Source: Candidatus Gastranaerophilales bacterium
GTDB taxonomy: Bacteria > Cyanobacteriota > Vampirovibrionia > Gastranaerophilales > Gastranaerophilaceae
Assembly (NCBI GenBank): GCA_017475485.1
Contig: JAFVFO010000052.1
Coordinates: 6,437-70,436 of the forward strand
Direction of reading: 5' to 3'
Length of the DNA stretch: 64,000 nt
The notes under the pieces are model-generated. The model saw only the letters and a list, made by a program, of their open reading frames with translations, had not been told where the DNA came from and made no database searches. The translations under genes and the position numbers were made by a program. Below, piece by piece: positions 55,532 through 64,000 of the stretch; within the stretch, counting starts at the first letter, position 1; every line of letters starts with the position of its first letter.

Positions 55532-57793
55532 ATGTTTAATACTATTAAATCAAAAGTTTTGCTTATTGTTTTTTTGATGCTTTTTACATTAAGTGTCATA
55601 TTAAGCGCATTTACCTTTTTTTATTTGAAAAATACCAAATCCCTTGTGATACAGGGGGCTTCATTTTTTATCGGGCAATTTGTTCAAAACGTTAATAAAG
55701 ATATCTTGGAAATGGAGAATAATGCCCGCGATTTGGCCTTATTGGGCGAATTGCAATATAATTCTTCGGGAAAAAGAGAGGTTTTTGAATATATTACTAC
55801 AAGAATATTTGAAAATTATTCAAATTCCTTAGGCGGGGGCATTTGGTTTAAACCTGAAATAATGGGCAGATTATATTGTGTTTACGCATACAGAAATAAA
55901 GATAAGCAAATTATCATAGATAAAAGGTTTGAAACATTTGAATACAATTATCCCAATCAAAATTGGTACAAAGAAATTACTTCTAAATTAACAAAAGAAA
56001 ATAATATTGCTTGGTCTTTGCCTTATTTTGAATATGAAGGAAGTAATACCTTCATGGTGACAGCGGGTTCAGGCATATATGATAATAATGAATTAGTCGG
56101 CATTACAACTGTTGATTGGGAACTTGATTCCATAATTAAATCCATTCAAAATTTGCGAATAACGCCAAACAGTTTCGCTCTTTTTGCGGATGAAAAAAAT
56201 GACTATGTTATAGTATCAACTGACCCTTATATGGAAAATATAGAGCTGACAGGCAAAACCCTAAAGCATGTTCCTTGGTATAAAGAGAATTTAAGAAAAA
56301 TTACATATATTGATTATCACAATAAAAAATATCTTCCTTATGTTAAAACGCTTGATAACGGAATGTGCTTAATAGTGTGTGTACCGAAAAATGAATTGTT
56401 CTATTTTATTTTTATGCAGGTAAGCGCGCTTTTCGCTTCGTTAATAATAATCAGCTTAATTATTTCAACACTTTTATACATGGGTTTAAACAGAAACATT
56501 ATAAAACCAATTAATGTTTTGGTTGATATAGCAAATAAAATTTCTAAAGGTAATTTGGATTTAGCAATAAAAATTAAAAAGCCCGAAGAATTTGCACACC
56601 TTGCTTCAACGTTTGATAAAATGACAAAAGAAATTACCGCAATTACAAAACAAAGAGAAAAAATCGAAGCAGGGCTTACCCTTGCTAAAAGCATTCAATC
56701 CTCAAGCCTTCCGAATGTATTTCCGCCGTACCCTGATAGATATGATTTTGATATTTATGCCTCTATGGAGCCTGCATTTAATGTCGGCGGAGATTTTTAT
56801 GATTTTTACCTTTTAAATGAAGATAAAATCATGTTTTTAGTTGCCGATGTTTCAGGAAAAGGTGTTCCTGCGGCATTATTTATGATGACCGCTAAAACAA
56901 TTGTAAAAGACATAACACAATATGTTGATGATATGCCCTATGCTTTTAAAAGCATAAATGATGAAATATGTACAAATAATAAGCATAATCTTTTTGTAAC
57001 AATGATTGCAGGGGTTATGGATTTAAAAAATAATAAATTAGCTTTAGTTAATTGCGGGCATAATTTGCCTTTGATAAAGCGCAAAAATGGCGATTTTGAA
57101 TATATAGAGCTTGAAAGCAATATGGTTTTAGGCGCAATGCCTGATATGAATTTTGAAGTAAAAGAAATTGATTTTAATTTCGGGGATGAAATATTTTTCT
57201 ATACAGACGGCATAACAGAAGCCATGGATAAAAACAGCAATCTTTATTCCGAACAGCGTTTAAAAGATGTGCTTAATAAGAACAAAAATTTATCTATAGA
57301 AAATATCTGCAAAAACATAAAAGCAGACGTTAATGCTTATTCTTGCGGTATTGAACAAAGTGATGATATTACAATGCTTTTATTTAAGTATTACGGCAGG
57401 GAAAATATCTATAGAAATACAGCTTCAAAAGAAAATTATAAACGCTTCAATATGTGGCTTTATGACAATATGGAAAAATTAAATATCAATACAGCACTAA
57501 GACCTAATATTGAATTAGCGTTTGAAGAAATTTATACAAATATCTTTTCTTATGCTTATTCATCTGTTCAGGGAGAAGTTGAAATAAGTATTGAAAAAAA
57601 TAATGATGATATTATTTTAAAATTTAAAGATTGGGGAACTCCTTATAATCCTCTTGAAAAGCCCGACCCTGATATTGGTTTAGCCCCTGATAAACGTTCT
57701 GTTGGCGGACTTGGGGTTTATATGGTCAAACAGCTTTCTAAAGATATAGAATATAATTGGGATAGTGCCAATATTTTAACTGTTAAATTTTAG
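55532..57793 (+). CDS. Membrane sensor fusion: Cache-like periplasmic domain, HAMP, PP2C (SpoIIE) phosphatase and RsbW-like HATPase kinase domain
   Basis: Two TM helices flank a ~270-aa extracytoplasmic domain. The HAMP region is IIKPINVLVDIANKISKGNLD. PP2C motifs are GGDFYDFY, VADVSGKGVPAALFM, FFYTDGITEA and SDDITML. The C-terminus has EEIYTNIFSYAY...VGGLGVYMVKQLS. Confidence 0.8.
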   Translation: MFNTIKSKVLLIVFLMLFTLSVILSAFTFFYLKNTKSLVIQGASFFIGQFVQNVNKDILEMENNARDLALLGELQYNSSGKREVFEYITTRIFENYSNSLGGGIWFKPEIMGRLYCVYAYRNKDKQIIIDKRFETFEYNYPNQNWYKEITSKLTKENNIAWSLPYFEYEGSNTFMVTAGSGIYDNNELVGITTVDWELDSIIKSIQNLRITPNSFALFADEKNDYVIVSTDPYMENIELTGKTLKHVPWYKENLRKITYIDYHNKKYLPYVKTLDNGMCLIVCVPKNELFYFIFMQVSALFASLIIISLIISTLLYMGLNRNIIKPINVLVDIANKISKGNLDLAIKIKKPEEFAHLASTFDKMTKEITAITKQREKIEAGLTLAKSIQSSSLPNVFPPYPDRYDFDIYASMEPAFNVGGDFYDFYLLNEDKIMFLVADVSGKGVPAALFMMTAKTIVKDITQYVDDMPYAFKSINDEICTNNKHNLFVTMIAGVMDLKNNKLALVNCGHNLPLIKRKNGDFEYIELESNMVLGAMPDMNFEVKEIDFNFGDEIFFYTDGITEAMDKNSNLYSEQRLKDVLNKNKNLSIENICKNIKADVNAYSCGIEQSDDITMLLFKYYGRENIYRNTASKENYKRFNMWLYDNMEKLNINTALRPNIELAFEEIYTNIFSYAYSSVQGEVEISIEKNNDDIILKFKDWGTPYNPLEKPDPDIGLAPDKRSVGGLGVYMVKQLSKDIEYNWDSANILTVKF

Positions 57794-57831
57794 TGCAAAA
57801 ATTTTATTTTTGAGTTTTATATATCTTAGTT

Positions 57832-58797
57832 ATGCGCATAACAAATAACAACAATACAAATTTTAAAGGTGCAAACCTTTCTAAACTGGCAAGTCCTTTA
57901 AGTGTTTTTTATGATAAAAATTCTATCATTCCGACACTTATTATTGAAACAGGCGTAACGCTTGGCAGAACCTACGAGGCCAATAAAAAAGGCGGTAAAA
58001 AAGAAGCCGTTGAGCGTTTTGTGGAACAAGGAGTGAGCGCGGGGGTATGGCTTTTTGGTGTTCAGGCAATCAGAAAAGTTACGGAATTATATGCTGATTT
58101 ATTTAAAATTCCTAAAACCGAAAATTTTAAAGCCTTGAATATGTTTTCATCTCTTGCAATAGCAACGGGTTTCATTGGTTTTGTTTTGCCAAAAATTAAT
58201 CATTTTATATCTAAAAAAATTATGGATTCTTCATCTAAAAAAAATGAAAAAACAAAACAAAAGGAAAGTAAATCCGACAGCCTAATCAGGAATAAATCTT
58301 TTGATGAATTCAGCAAAAAAAATAAAACTCCTTCATTTACTTCTTTATACACATGTGCTCAAGCCTTTGAACAAAATTCTGTTTTAAGATTACTTGTAAC
58401 GGATACGGGCGTTATAGCGGGAAGATTTAAAAACGGAAGAAATAAATACGAAAGAATTGAAGGATTATTCAGAGATATTGCTTCAATATATTTTTATCTG
58501 CGCGCTACAAACGATTTTGTTAATTTGGCGGGTAAAATCGGAAAGATTGAAACAATAGATAAAGAACGGCTTAAAGAATTATTAAAAAAACCGGATTTGG
58601 CAACAAATTCAGACAATAAGGCAATAAGGGCAAGTTTTGCACTTTATTCTATAGGTACTTTATTATCTGCATTTGCGCTGGGGATTTTAATTCCAAAAGT
58701 TCAATATTTTATAAGAAACAAATTAACCAATAAAGACCAGTTCCCCGGTGATGAAGGATATAAGGTAGATTTAAAGCAAGAAGATAAGCATAATTAA
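57832..58797 (+). CDS. Hypothetical membrane protein
   Basis: 321 aa with four or more TM segments and the N-terminus MRITNNNNTNFKGA. No family recognised. Confidence 0.5.
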   Translation: MRITNNNNTNFKGANLSKLASPLSVFYDKNSIIPTLIIETGVTLGRTYEANKKGGKKEAVERFVEQGVSAGVWLFGVQAIRKVTELYADLFKIPKTENFKALNMFSSLAIATGFIGFVLPKINHFISKKIMDSSSKKNEKTKQKESKSDSLIRNKSFDEFSKKNKTPSFTSLYTCAQAFEQNSVLRLLVTDTGVIAGRFKNGRNKYERIEGLFRDIASIYFYLRATNDFVNLAGKIGKIETIDKERLKELLKKPDLATNSDNKAIRASFALYSIGTLLSAFALGILIPKVQYFIRNKLTNKDQFPGDEGYKVDLKQEDKHN

Positions 58798-58852
58798 TAT
58801 AACTTTACATAATAGTTTAAGTTTTGCAAAAACAGTGTTATAATAAATATAG

Positions 58853-58912
58853 ATAACCTTTTTGAGATTTTGAAATACGTTTAGCGTGTTGTACTCGAAA
58901 AGGTTATTTTTT
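58853..58912. terminator. Long-stem hairpin between convergent genes
   Basis: ATAACCTTTTTGAG-N27-CTCGAAAAGGTTAT followed by TTTTT. The stem is 14 bp with one G-T pair. Confidence 0.55.
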
Positions 58913-59375
58913 ATTTTACTTCTATAACGTCATAAAGATGTACAATTTGAGGTTTTGATAGATTTTCATTTTTATATTGCTCAGTATTTAATATAACCCT
59001 ATATTGTTTATCGCCTATTTTAACATTTGTTTCAAAATAATGATACATATCTATATTGGGCTTTTCTATTGGTTTATCGTTAGCTTTGGGTTTATTTGTA
59101 TAGCTTGAATTATTTATTAATTCTACAATACCCATTATGTATTTATTGTGCCTATTTTTTTGTGCTTTGTTTAATGTTTTTGCTTTACTTGAATATGCAA
59201 TATGATTTTTTATTCTGCGCCCGCCTCTTATATCAATTTTCCAATCAGGATTTAGGGTATCAAAAACTTCGTTTTTATCAATAAGGCTTTGAATGTATTC
59301 TTTAACTTCCTGAATGGTTGGGGTTTTTGAAAAATTGCTTGTTAAATCTACTATATGTTCCAATTTTATCTCCAC
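58911..59375 (-). CDS. Hypothetical 154-aa basic protein
   Basis: The GTG start at 59375 lacks an SD. TTG at 59363 is preceded by GGAGA and is an alternative start. No confident family assignment. Confidence 0.45.
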   Translation of the reverse strand: MEIKLEHIVDLTSNFSKTPTIQEVKEYIQSLIDKNEVFDTLNPDWKIDIRGGRRIKNHIAYSSKAKTLNKAQKNRHNKYIMGIVELINNSSYTNKPKANDKPIEKPNIDMYHYFETNVKIGDKQYRVILNTEQYKNENLSKPQIVHLYDVIEVK

Positions 59376-59488
59376 TAGGTAATATAAAATTGCAAAATTG
59401 CTATTGCAATTTTATTGTATCGAGCTTGGGAGTTGTTTTCAAGTTTTTGATTTTCTATTTTCAAAATTTTTTATGTTATCATCTATAT

Positions 59489-60838
59489 ATGTCTGAACTT
59501 AATAGAACACTTGGATTGAAAGACGCAATATCAATTGTAGCAGGGTCTATGATAGGCTCGGGCATTTTTATTGTATCATCTCATATTGCGCGCGGTACAA
59601 ATTCTGCAATTTTGCTTATTTTAACTTGGCTTCTTGCAGGGTTTATTACAATTTTAGGTTCATTGTCTTACGGGGAATTATCTTCTACTATACCCCATGA
59701 AGGCGGTCAATACATATATTTAAAGAAAATATTCGGTGAAAAACTTGCTTTTTTGTATGGCTGGACACTGTTTTTAGTAATTCAAACAGGAACATTGGCC
59801 GCTGTTAATATTGCAATGGCAAAGTTTATAGGTTTAATTTTTCCCGTTATTTCAAGAAATAATATTATTTTAAATATAGGAAGCTATACCCTTTCAACAG
59901 AGGCTCTGCTTGCAATTATTGCAGTTATAATTATTACTTACATAAATTCAAGAGGAATTAAAGAAGGCATAATTGTTCATAATATTTTTACCGTTACAAA
60001 AGTTTTATCTATTGTTGCGATAATTGTTTGCGGTTTATTTTTCGGATTTAATTCGGATATTTTAATTCAAAATTTTTCCGCAATTCCGGCCTTAAATCTA
60101 TCCACCCTAAAGGCCGTAGGAATAAGCGTTGTAGGCGCATTGTTTGCTTCAATTACCTGGAATAACGTTACTTTTATAACGTCAGAAATTAAAAATCCGC
60201 AAAAAAACATAAAAAAAGCCCTTTTCATAGGAACTGCCCTTGTTATAGCTTTATATTTTTTAATGAATATGATTTATCTTTCTACCATGACTGTGGAAAT
60301 GATAAAAACACCCCCTGAAGATATTGTTATAGCTTCAATGATGAGTAAAATATTCGGCTCGAAGGCATTATTAATTATTGCGGTTATAATTGCAATATCT
60401 GCGATAGGATGTGCTAACGGAATGATTTTAACGGGTTCAAGAATATATTATAAAATGGCGCGCGACAGATTGTTCTTTAGAAAATTAGCCTATATAGAAA
60501 GACGTACCCGCGTTCCTCAAAATTCCTTGTGGCTTCAATGCTTCTGGATATGTTTGTTAATTCTTTGGGGTAATTATGCTCAATTATTGGATTATGTTAT
60601 CTATAGCGCAATAATATTTTATATAATTACTATTTTCGGAATTTTTAAATTAAGAAAAATGTACCCGAAAACACAAGATATATATAGAGTGCCGACATTT
60701 GTACCTGTTGCTTTTATAATTTTGGCAAGTATTATAATCTTAACTTTGACACTTGCAAAACCTTTATATACAGTTCCGGGGCTTATTATAACCTTGCTTG
60801 GAATACCTGTTTATTATTATTGGAAGAAGGCTAAATAA
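59489..60838 (+). CDS. APC-family amino acid permease
   Basis: Starts MSELNRTLGLKDAISIVAGSMIGSGIF and has 12 TM helices. The track start at 59318 is a spurious extension across the divergent gene. Confidence 0.85.
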   Translation: MSELNRTLGLKDAISIVAGSMIGSGIFIVSSHIARGTNSAILLILTWLLAGFITILGSLSYGELSSTIPHEGGQYIYLKKIFGEKLAFLYGWTLFLVIQTGTLAAVNIAMAKFIGLIFPVISRNNIILNIGSYTLSTEALLAIIAVIIITYINSRGIKEGIIVHNIFTVTKVLSIVAIIVCGLFFGFNSDILIQNFSAIPALNLSTLKAVGISVVGALFASITWNNVTFITSEIKNPQKNIKKALFIGTALVIALYFLMNMIYLSTMTVEMIKTPPEDIVIASMMSKIFGSKALLIIAVIIAISAIGCANGMILTGSRIYYKMARDRLFFRKLAYIERRTRVPQNSLWLQCFWICLLILWGNYAQLLDYVIYSAIIFYIITIFGIFKLRKMYPKTQDIYRVPTFVPVAFIILASIIILTLTLAKPLYTVPGLIITLLGIPVYYYWKKAK

Positions 60839-62087
60839 AATCCATAGTTTTAATTTTATTTGCAATGTAATTTGCTAAATTGTTTCCGTATGGATTGAAT
60901 TTGCCGTTTTCATCTTTAGCGTCTTTAAAATAGCTGAGAATTATATCTTTGGAGATTGCTCTTATAATATAAAAAGTTCTTTGAGATTGCTCTTGCGTTT
61001 CACCTTTTGATTTAGAATCTTCTAATTTGCTGTTAATCCATTGGCCGAGATAATTATTTGCCAAGCTCAATACTTCCGCCTTAATGGGATTATAGCTGTC
61101 ATCTTCATCAAAACACAACTCCATAAGTTCACATAAATCATCATTTGCTTCATTTGTCATATAAAAGTCGCAATTTAATTCCTGCATAATGCTGTTTGTG
61201 AGTTCTCTGTTTTCAGGGTCTTTGTCGAAAAAGTATTTTAATTGCTTAATAATAGTTTCAAGAGATTTTATTCTTCCTGTTGACATAACAGTATTAAGGG
61301 CTTCATTTGCAAGGAAGAAATCAATTTTTCCGTCTTCATCTTTACATAATTCTATTACTTGATTGAAGATAAAATCTTCATTTTCAAATTCGTCAAAATT
61401 TCTTATGGTTTCTTGAATTCTTTCTGCCAGTGCAAATTTCTTTTCGACATCTGAAAAATCATATTCACCTTGTTGTACTTCCGACATTTCAAAAACTTTT
61501 TTTGTCAGCATATACGCATCTTGCAATAACCAATCCTGTCTTCCTTTAAGTGCGTCAAGTATATCTTCTATTTCTTTTATTTTTGCCTGACCCGTTAATT
61601 TTGAAACATAGCCTCTTAACATTTCAAATTCGTGTTTTGAACCTCTTTTAATGTTTTCTGTAAGAAATAATTCTAAGGCTGCACTTTCTTCCGTATCCGG
61701 TTTGTTTTCTTGCCTGTATCTTTCTTTTGATAATAAGTCTTTGTAGTATGAAATTTCTTTAGAATTTTCATCTCTCATTTTTAGACTTTGATAAGCATAC
61801 ATAGAGGAGAAGGTTTTTACAAGATCTTCATCAATTTCACCTTCTTTATTTGTTAAAAGTCTGTCAATTGTGTAGTTATCTATTTCAAAAACAACCTGCT
61901 TGTCGTCAGATAATCGAAATACGCCTTTTATGGGTTTTTTGAATTTGGCGCAAAAACTTTGATAATACAAGGGATTACAGGGTGATTGTTTATAATTTTG
62001 TTCAATGGGGGCTGATTGAGCTTTATTTTTGCTTATTTTTGTTCCAGCGGAATAATTTATATTAGAATTAATTGCAGAGATTTTCAT
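60831..62087 (-). CDS. Hypothetical 418-aa acidic protein, paralog of the next gene
   Basis: Shares ordered motifs with 62149..63288: NP[LE]YYQ, G[EY][YE]FSD[VI][ED][KE]K, [DE]G[KR][IL]DF, LCFD[EK] and GKFNP near the C-terminus. Confidence 0.6.
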   Translation of the reverse strand: MKISAINSNINYSAGTKISKNKAQSAPIEQNYKQSPCNPLYYQSFCAKFKKPIKGVFRLSDDKQVVFEIDNYTIDRLLTNKEGEIDEDLVKTFSSMYAYQSLKMRDENSKEISYYKDLLSKERYRQENKPDTEESAALELFLTENIKRGSKHEFEMLRGYVSKLTGQAKIKEIEDILDALKGRQDWLLQDAYMLTKKVFEMSEVQQGEYDFSDVEKKFALAERIQETIRNFDEFENEDFIFNQVIELCKDEDGKIDFFLANEALNTVMSTGRIKSLETIIKQLKYFFDKDPENRELTNSIMQELNCDFYMTNEANDDLCELMELCFDEDDSYNPIKAEVLSLANNYLGQWINSKLEDSKSKGETQEQSQRTFYIIRAISKDIILSYFKDAKDENGKFNPYGNNLANYIANKIKTMDFI

Positions 62088-62148
62088 TTTTGTACTCTTT
62101 AATAAGTGATGACATATATATAAAGCGCATAAATATATTTTTTGTTTG

Positions 62149-63288
62149 CTACATTACAATAATTTTTGATAATCTTAATTCAATATATTCTTGCGGAGTC
62201 AATTCGGGGTTAAATTTGCCCTCTGAATTTGTGTAGTCGCTAAAATAATCATTTATTGTGCGTTTTGCTTCTATCGTACAATTTTTATATTTTTCAGCTT
62301 CGCCTATAAAATCTTTTCTTGTTTGCACTTTCATCTGAGAACTAATCCAATTATCAAGAATGGAAATTAATTCCATTAAGGCTTCTTTTCTTTTTGTATC
62401 GAATTTTGAATTTTTATCAAAACACAAATCCGCCATTTCTTCAAAACTATCTGTTTCGGCAACTGCAAACATTGTTTTATTCAATTCATTTAAGGTGTCA
62501 TTGATTTTATCCATATTTTCAAAATCATAAGAACGGTATTTTGAAAGCATAGTAATGACTTTTGCCAAATCTACGACAAAACCGCAGTCATAAATTAAAT
62601 TAAGGCTTGCTTTTATAAGTTCAAAATCGAGCCTGCCTTCTGAATTTCTTGTCAGTTCAACGGCTGTATATAAATCTTCTTCGGGAACGTTATCGCCGAA
62701 TTGAAGACTCATTTCATCTAAAAGTTCAACCAAATGATTTTTTTCATCTATATCGGAAAATTCATATCCTTTCGGGGTTTTTGATAATCTAAATATTTTT
62801 TCGGTTCTTTCCTGTGCTTTTTGTGGAAGTGTGGCAAGATTATTTTTATGACATTCAATTAAACTTTCAACAAGTTCTTTTTTGGGTTGTCCTTTAATGC
62901 TTGTTATATAGTCATCTTCGGCACTTATTGAATCTTCAAGCGGTCTTCGGAGCATTTCAAGCAGTTTTTCATTCATGTATTCGGGTGAAGTGTCCATTTC
63001 TACTACATTAGAAGCCTCGGGTACAACACATTCTTCAAGCTCTGTAATAGATTTTTCTTCTTGATTTCTCATATTATGCAAAATACAGCGATAAATTTCG
63101 TTGAACTTTGCTTGAACGCATGAATCTTTACTGTCACTAATTCCATATAATGCTTGATAATATTCGGGATTAACCGCACTTGTTGAAGTCGTATTTTTTA
63201 TTTGTGTATTATTTATTACGGTTTGAAAAGGAATTACCTGTGCCCTAAAAGAATTTCCGCTTGTTGAATTGATACTGTTTATTTGCAT
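62149..63288 (-). CDS. Hypothetical 379-aa acidic protein, paralog of the previous gene
   Basis: See 60831..62087. The N-terminus is MQINSINSTSGNSFRAQ. Confidence 0.6.
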   Translation of the reverse strand: MQINSINSTSGNSFRAQVIPFQTVINNTQIKNTTSTSAVNPEYYQALYGISDSKDSCVQAKFNEIYRCILHNMRNQEEKSITELEECVVPEASNVVEMDTSPEYMNEKLLEMLRRPLEDSISAEDDYITSIKGQPKKELVESLIECHKNNLATLPQKAQERTEKIFRLSKTPKGYEFSDIDEKNHLVELLDEMSLQFGDNVPEEDLYTAVELTRNSEGRLDFELIKASLNLIYDCGFVVDLAKVITMLSKYRSYDFENMDKINDTLNELNKTMFAVAETDSFEEMADLCFDKNSKFDTKRKEALMELISILDNWISSQMKVQTRKDFIGEAEKYKNCTIEAKRTINDYFSDYTNSEGKFNPELTPQEYIELRLSKIIVM

Positions 63289-63372
63289 GATTTTGCCTTT
63301 AATAAATCTACTTATTCATTAAATAAGCTGATAAATTAAATTGACAAATCCAATATAAAATATTAAAAAATG

Positions 63373-63777
63373 TTAAACATGTTTATCATGCGCGGAAATT
63401 CTTGCAATTGCCTTAGCTAAGGCTATTTGCGCCCTTGCTAAATCAAGATTATCACCTTTGGCGCGAAGCCTTTGCATAGCTCTTTCTTTGGCTTGAATTG
63501 CGCGTGCAACATCAATATCGCAATCCAGTTCTGCGTTATCGGTTAAAATGGTTGCTTGATTGTTTGAAAACTGTAATATTCCGCCAATTGTTGTAATGCA
63601 TTGAGAATCACCGTTTTTTACCGCTTTTGTGACTCCTATATCAAGCGAGCAAATTACGGGCAAGTGGTCTTTTAAAATACCAAGCTGACCGTCTTTTGAT
63701 TTAACATAAAGTTCGTCTATATCATCTTCATAGACAACTTTTTCATGTGTTATAACCTTAAGATGTATATCGCCCAT
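63373..63777 (-). CDS. atpC: F1 ATP synthase epsilon subunit
   Basis: 134 aa with an N-terminal beta-sandwich (LKVITHEKVVYEDDIDELYVKSKDGQLGILKDHLP) and a C-terminal helical hairpin. Confidence 0.9.
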   Translation of the reverse strand: MGDIHLKVITHEKVVYEDDIDELYVKSKDGQLGILKDHLPVICSLDIGVTKAVKNGDSQCITTIGGILQFSNNQATILTDNAELDCDIDVARAIQAKERAMQRLRAKGDNLDLARAQIALAKAIARISAHDKHV

Positions 63778-63780
63778 TTA

Positions 63781-64000
63781 TTACACTCCAACAGCTTCTT
63801 GAGCCTGTGCATTTTCTAAAACATCTTCAATTGTACCTGTCATATAAAATGCTTGTTCGGGAATGTTGTCATGTTTTCCTTCGATAATTTCCCTAAAGCC
63901 TTTAATTGAATCAGCCAACGGTACATATTTGCCTTTTTTGCCTGAGAATTGTTCCGCTACAAAGAAAGGTTGAGATAAGAATTTTTGAATTTTTCTTGCT
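63781..64000 (-). CDS. atpD: F1 ATP synthase beta subunit (C-terminal ~73 aa; the rest is off-window)
   Basis: My translation gives ...[72 protein letters not shown]. This is the canonical AtpD C-terminus, ending in a double TAA before the atpC ATG. Confidence 0.9.
   Translation of the reverse strand, partial: ARKIQKFLSQPFFVAEQFSGKKGKYVPLADSIKGFREIIEGKHDNIPEQAFYMTGTIEDVLENAQAQEAVGV

Overview
AT-rich bacterial chromosomal window using the standard code. TGA is a real stop in several ATGA gene overlaps, and an RF2 gene with a UGA-based programmed frameshift is present. Most of the window is housekeeping:
- motA (partial) and rlmN
- the Na+-pumping oxaloacetate decarboxylase genes oadG/A/B next to birA
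- hisS
- a three-gene split 'archaeal-type' glutamate synthase
- groES-groEL, tmk, prfB, apt, ribD-aroQ-thiL, radA
- spoIID-murJ-tsaC
- a STAS/PP2C-kinase partner-switching pair and two two-component modules
- atpC/atpD (partial) and one tRNA-Arg(UCU)

GroEL and other proteins look cyanobacteria-related, so the source may be a Melainabacteria-like non-photosynthetic lineage. That is a low-confidence guess from memory.

Non-routine content:
1. Three sigma28 (FliA)-type promoters (TAAA-N15/16-GCCGATAA) sit in front of genes with no recognisable flagellar identity. Two are adjacent giant repeat proteins (1503 aa and 1006 aa) with no signal peptide and a shared N-terminal module. The third is a 244-aa coiled-coil protein. 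I propose a flagellar-regulon, possibly flagellar-T3SS-exported, surface-protein system.
2. A roughly 100-bp-period tandem array of decayed 5' fragments of the tRNA-Arg gene.
3. A family of intergenic octamer tandem repeats (GGCAYTAA)n, including a long hairpin in the groES-groEL spacer.
4. An orphan CpaE/CpaF-like pair in which the CpaF ATPase motifs are degenerate.
5. Tandem paralogs of unknown function with a recurring N-terminal motif.
6. Two broken genes: ldcA (homopolymer frameshift) and an aldo/keto reductase (in-frame TGA at a probable Trp position).

No CRISPR array, transposase, integrase or rRNA was seen.
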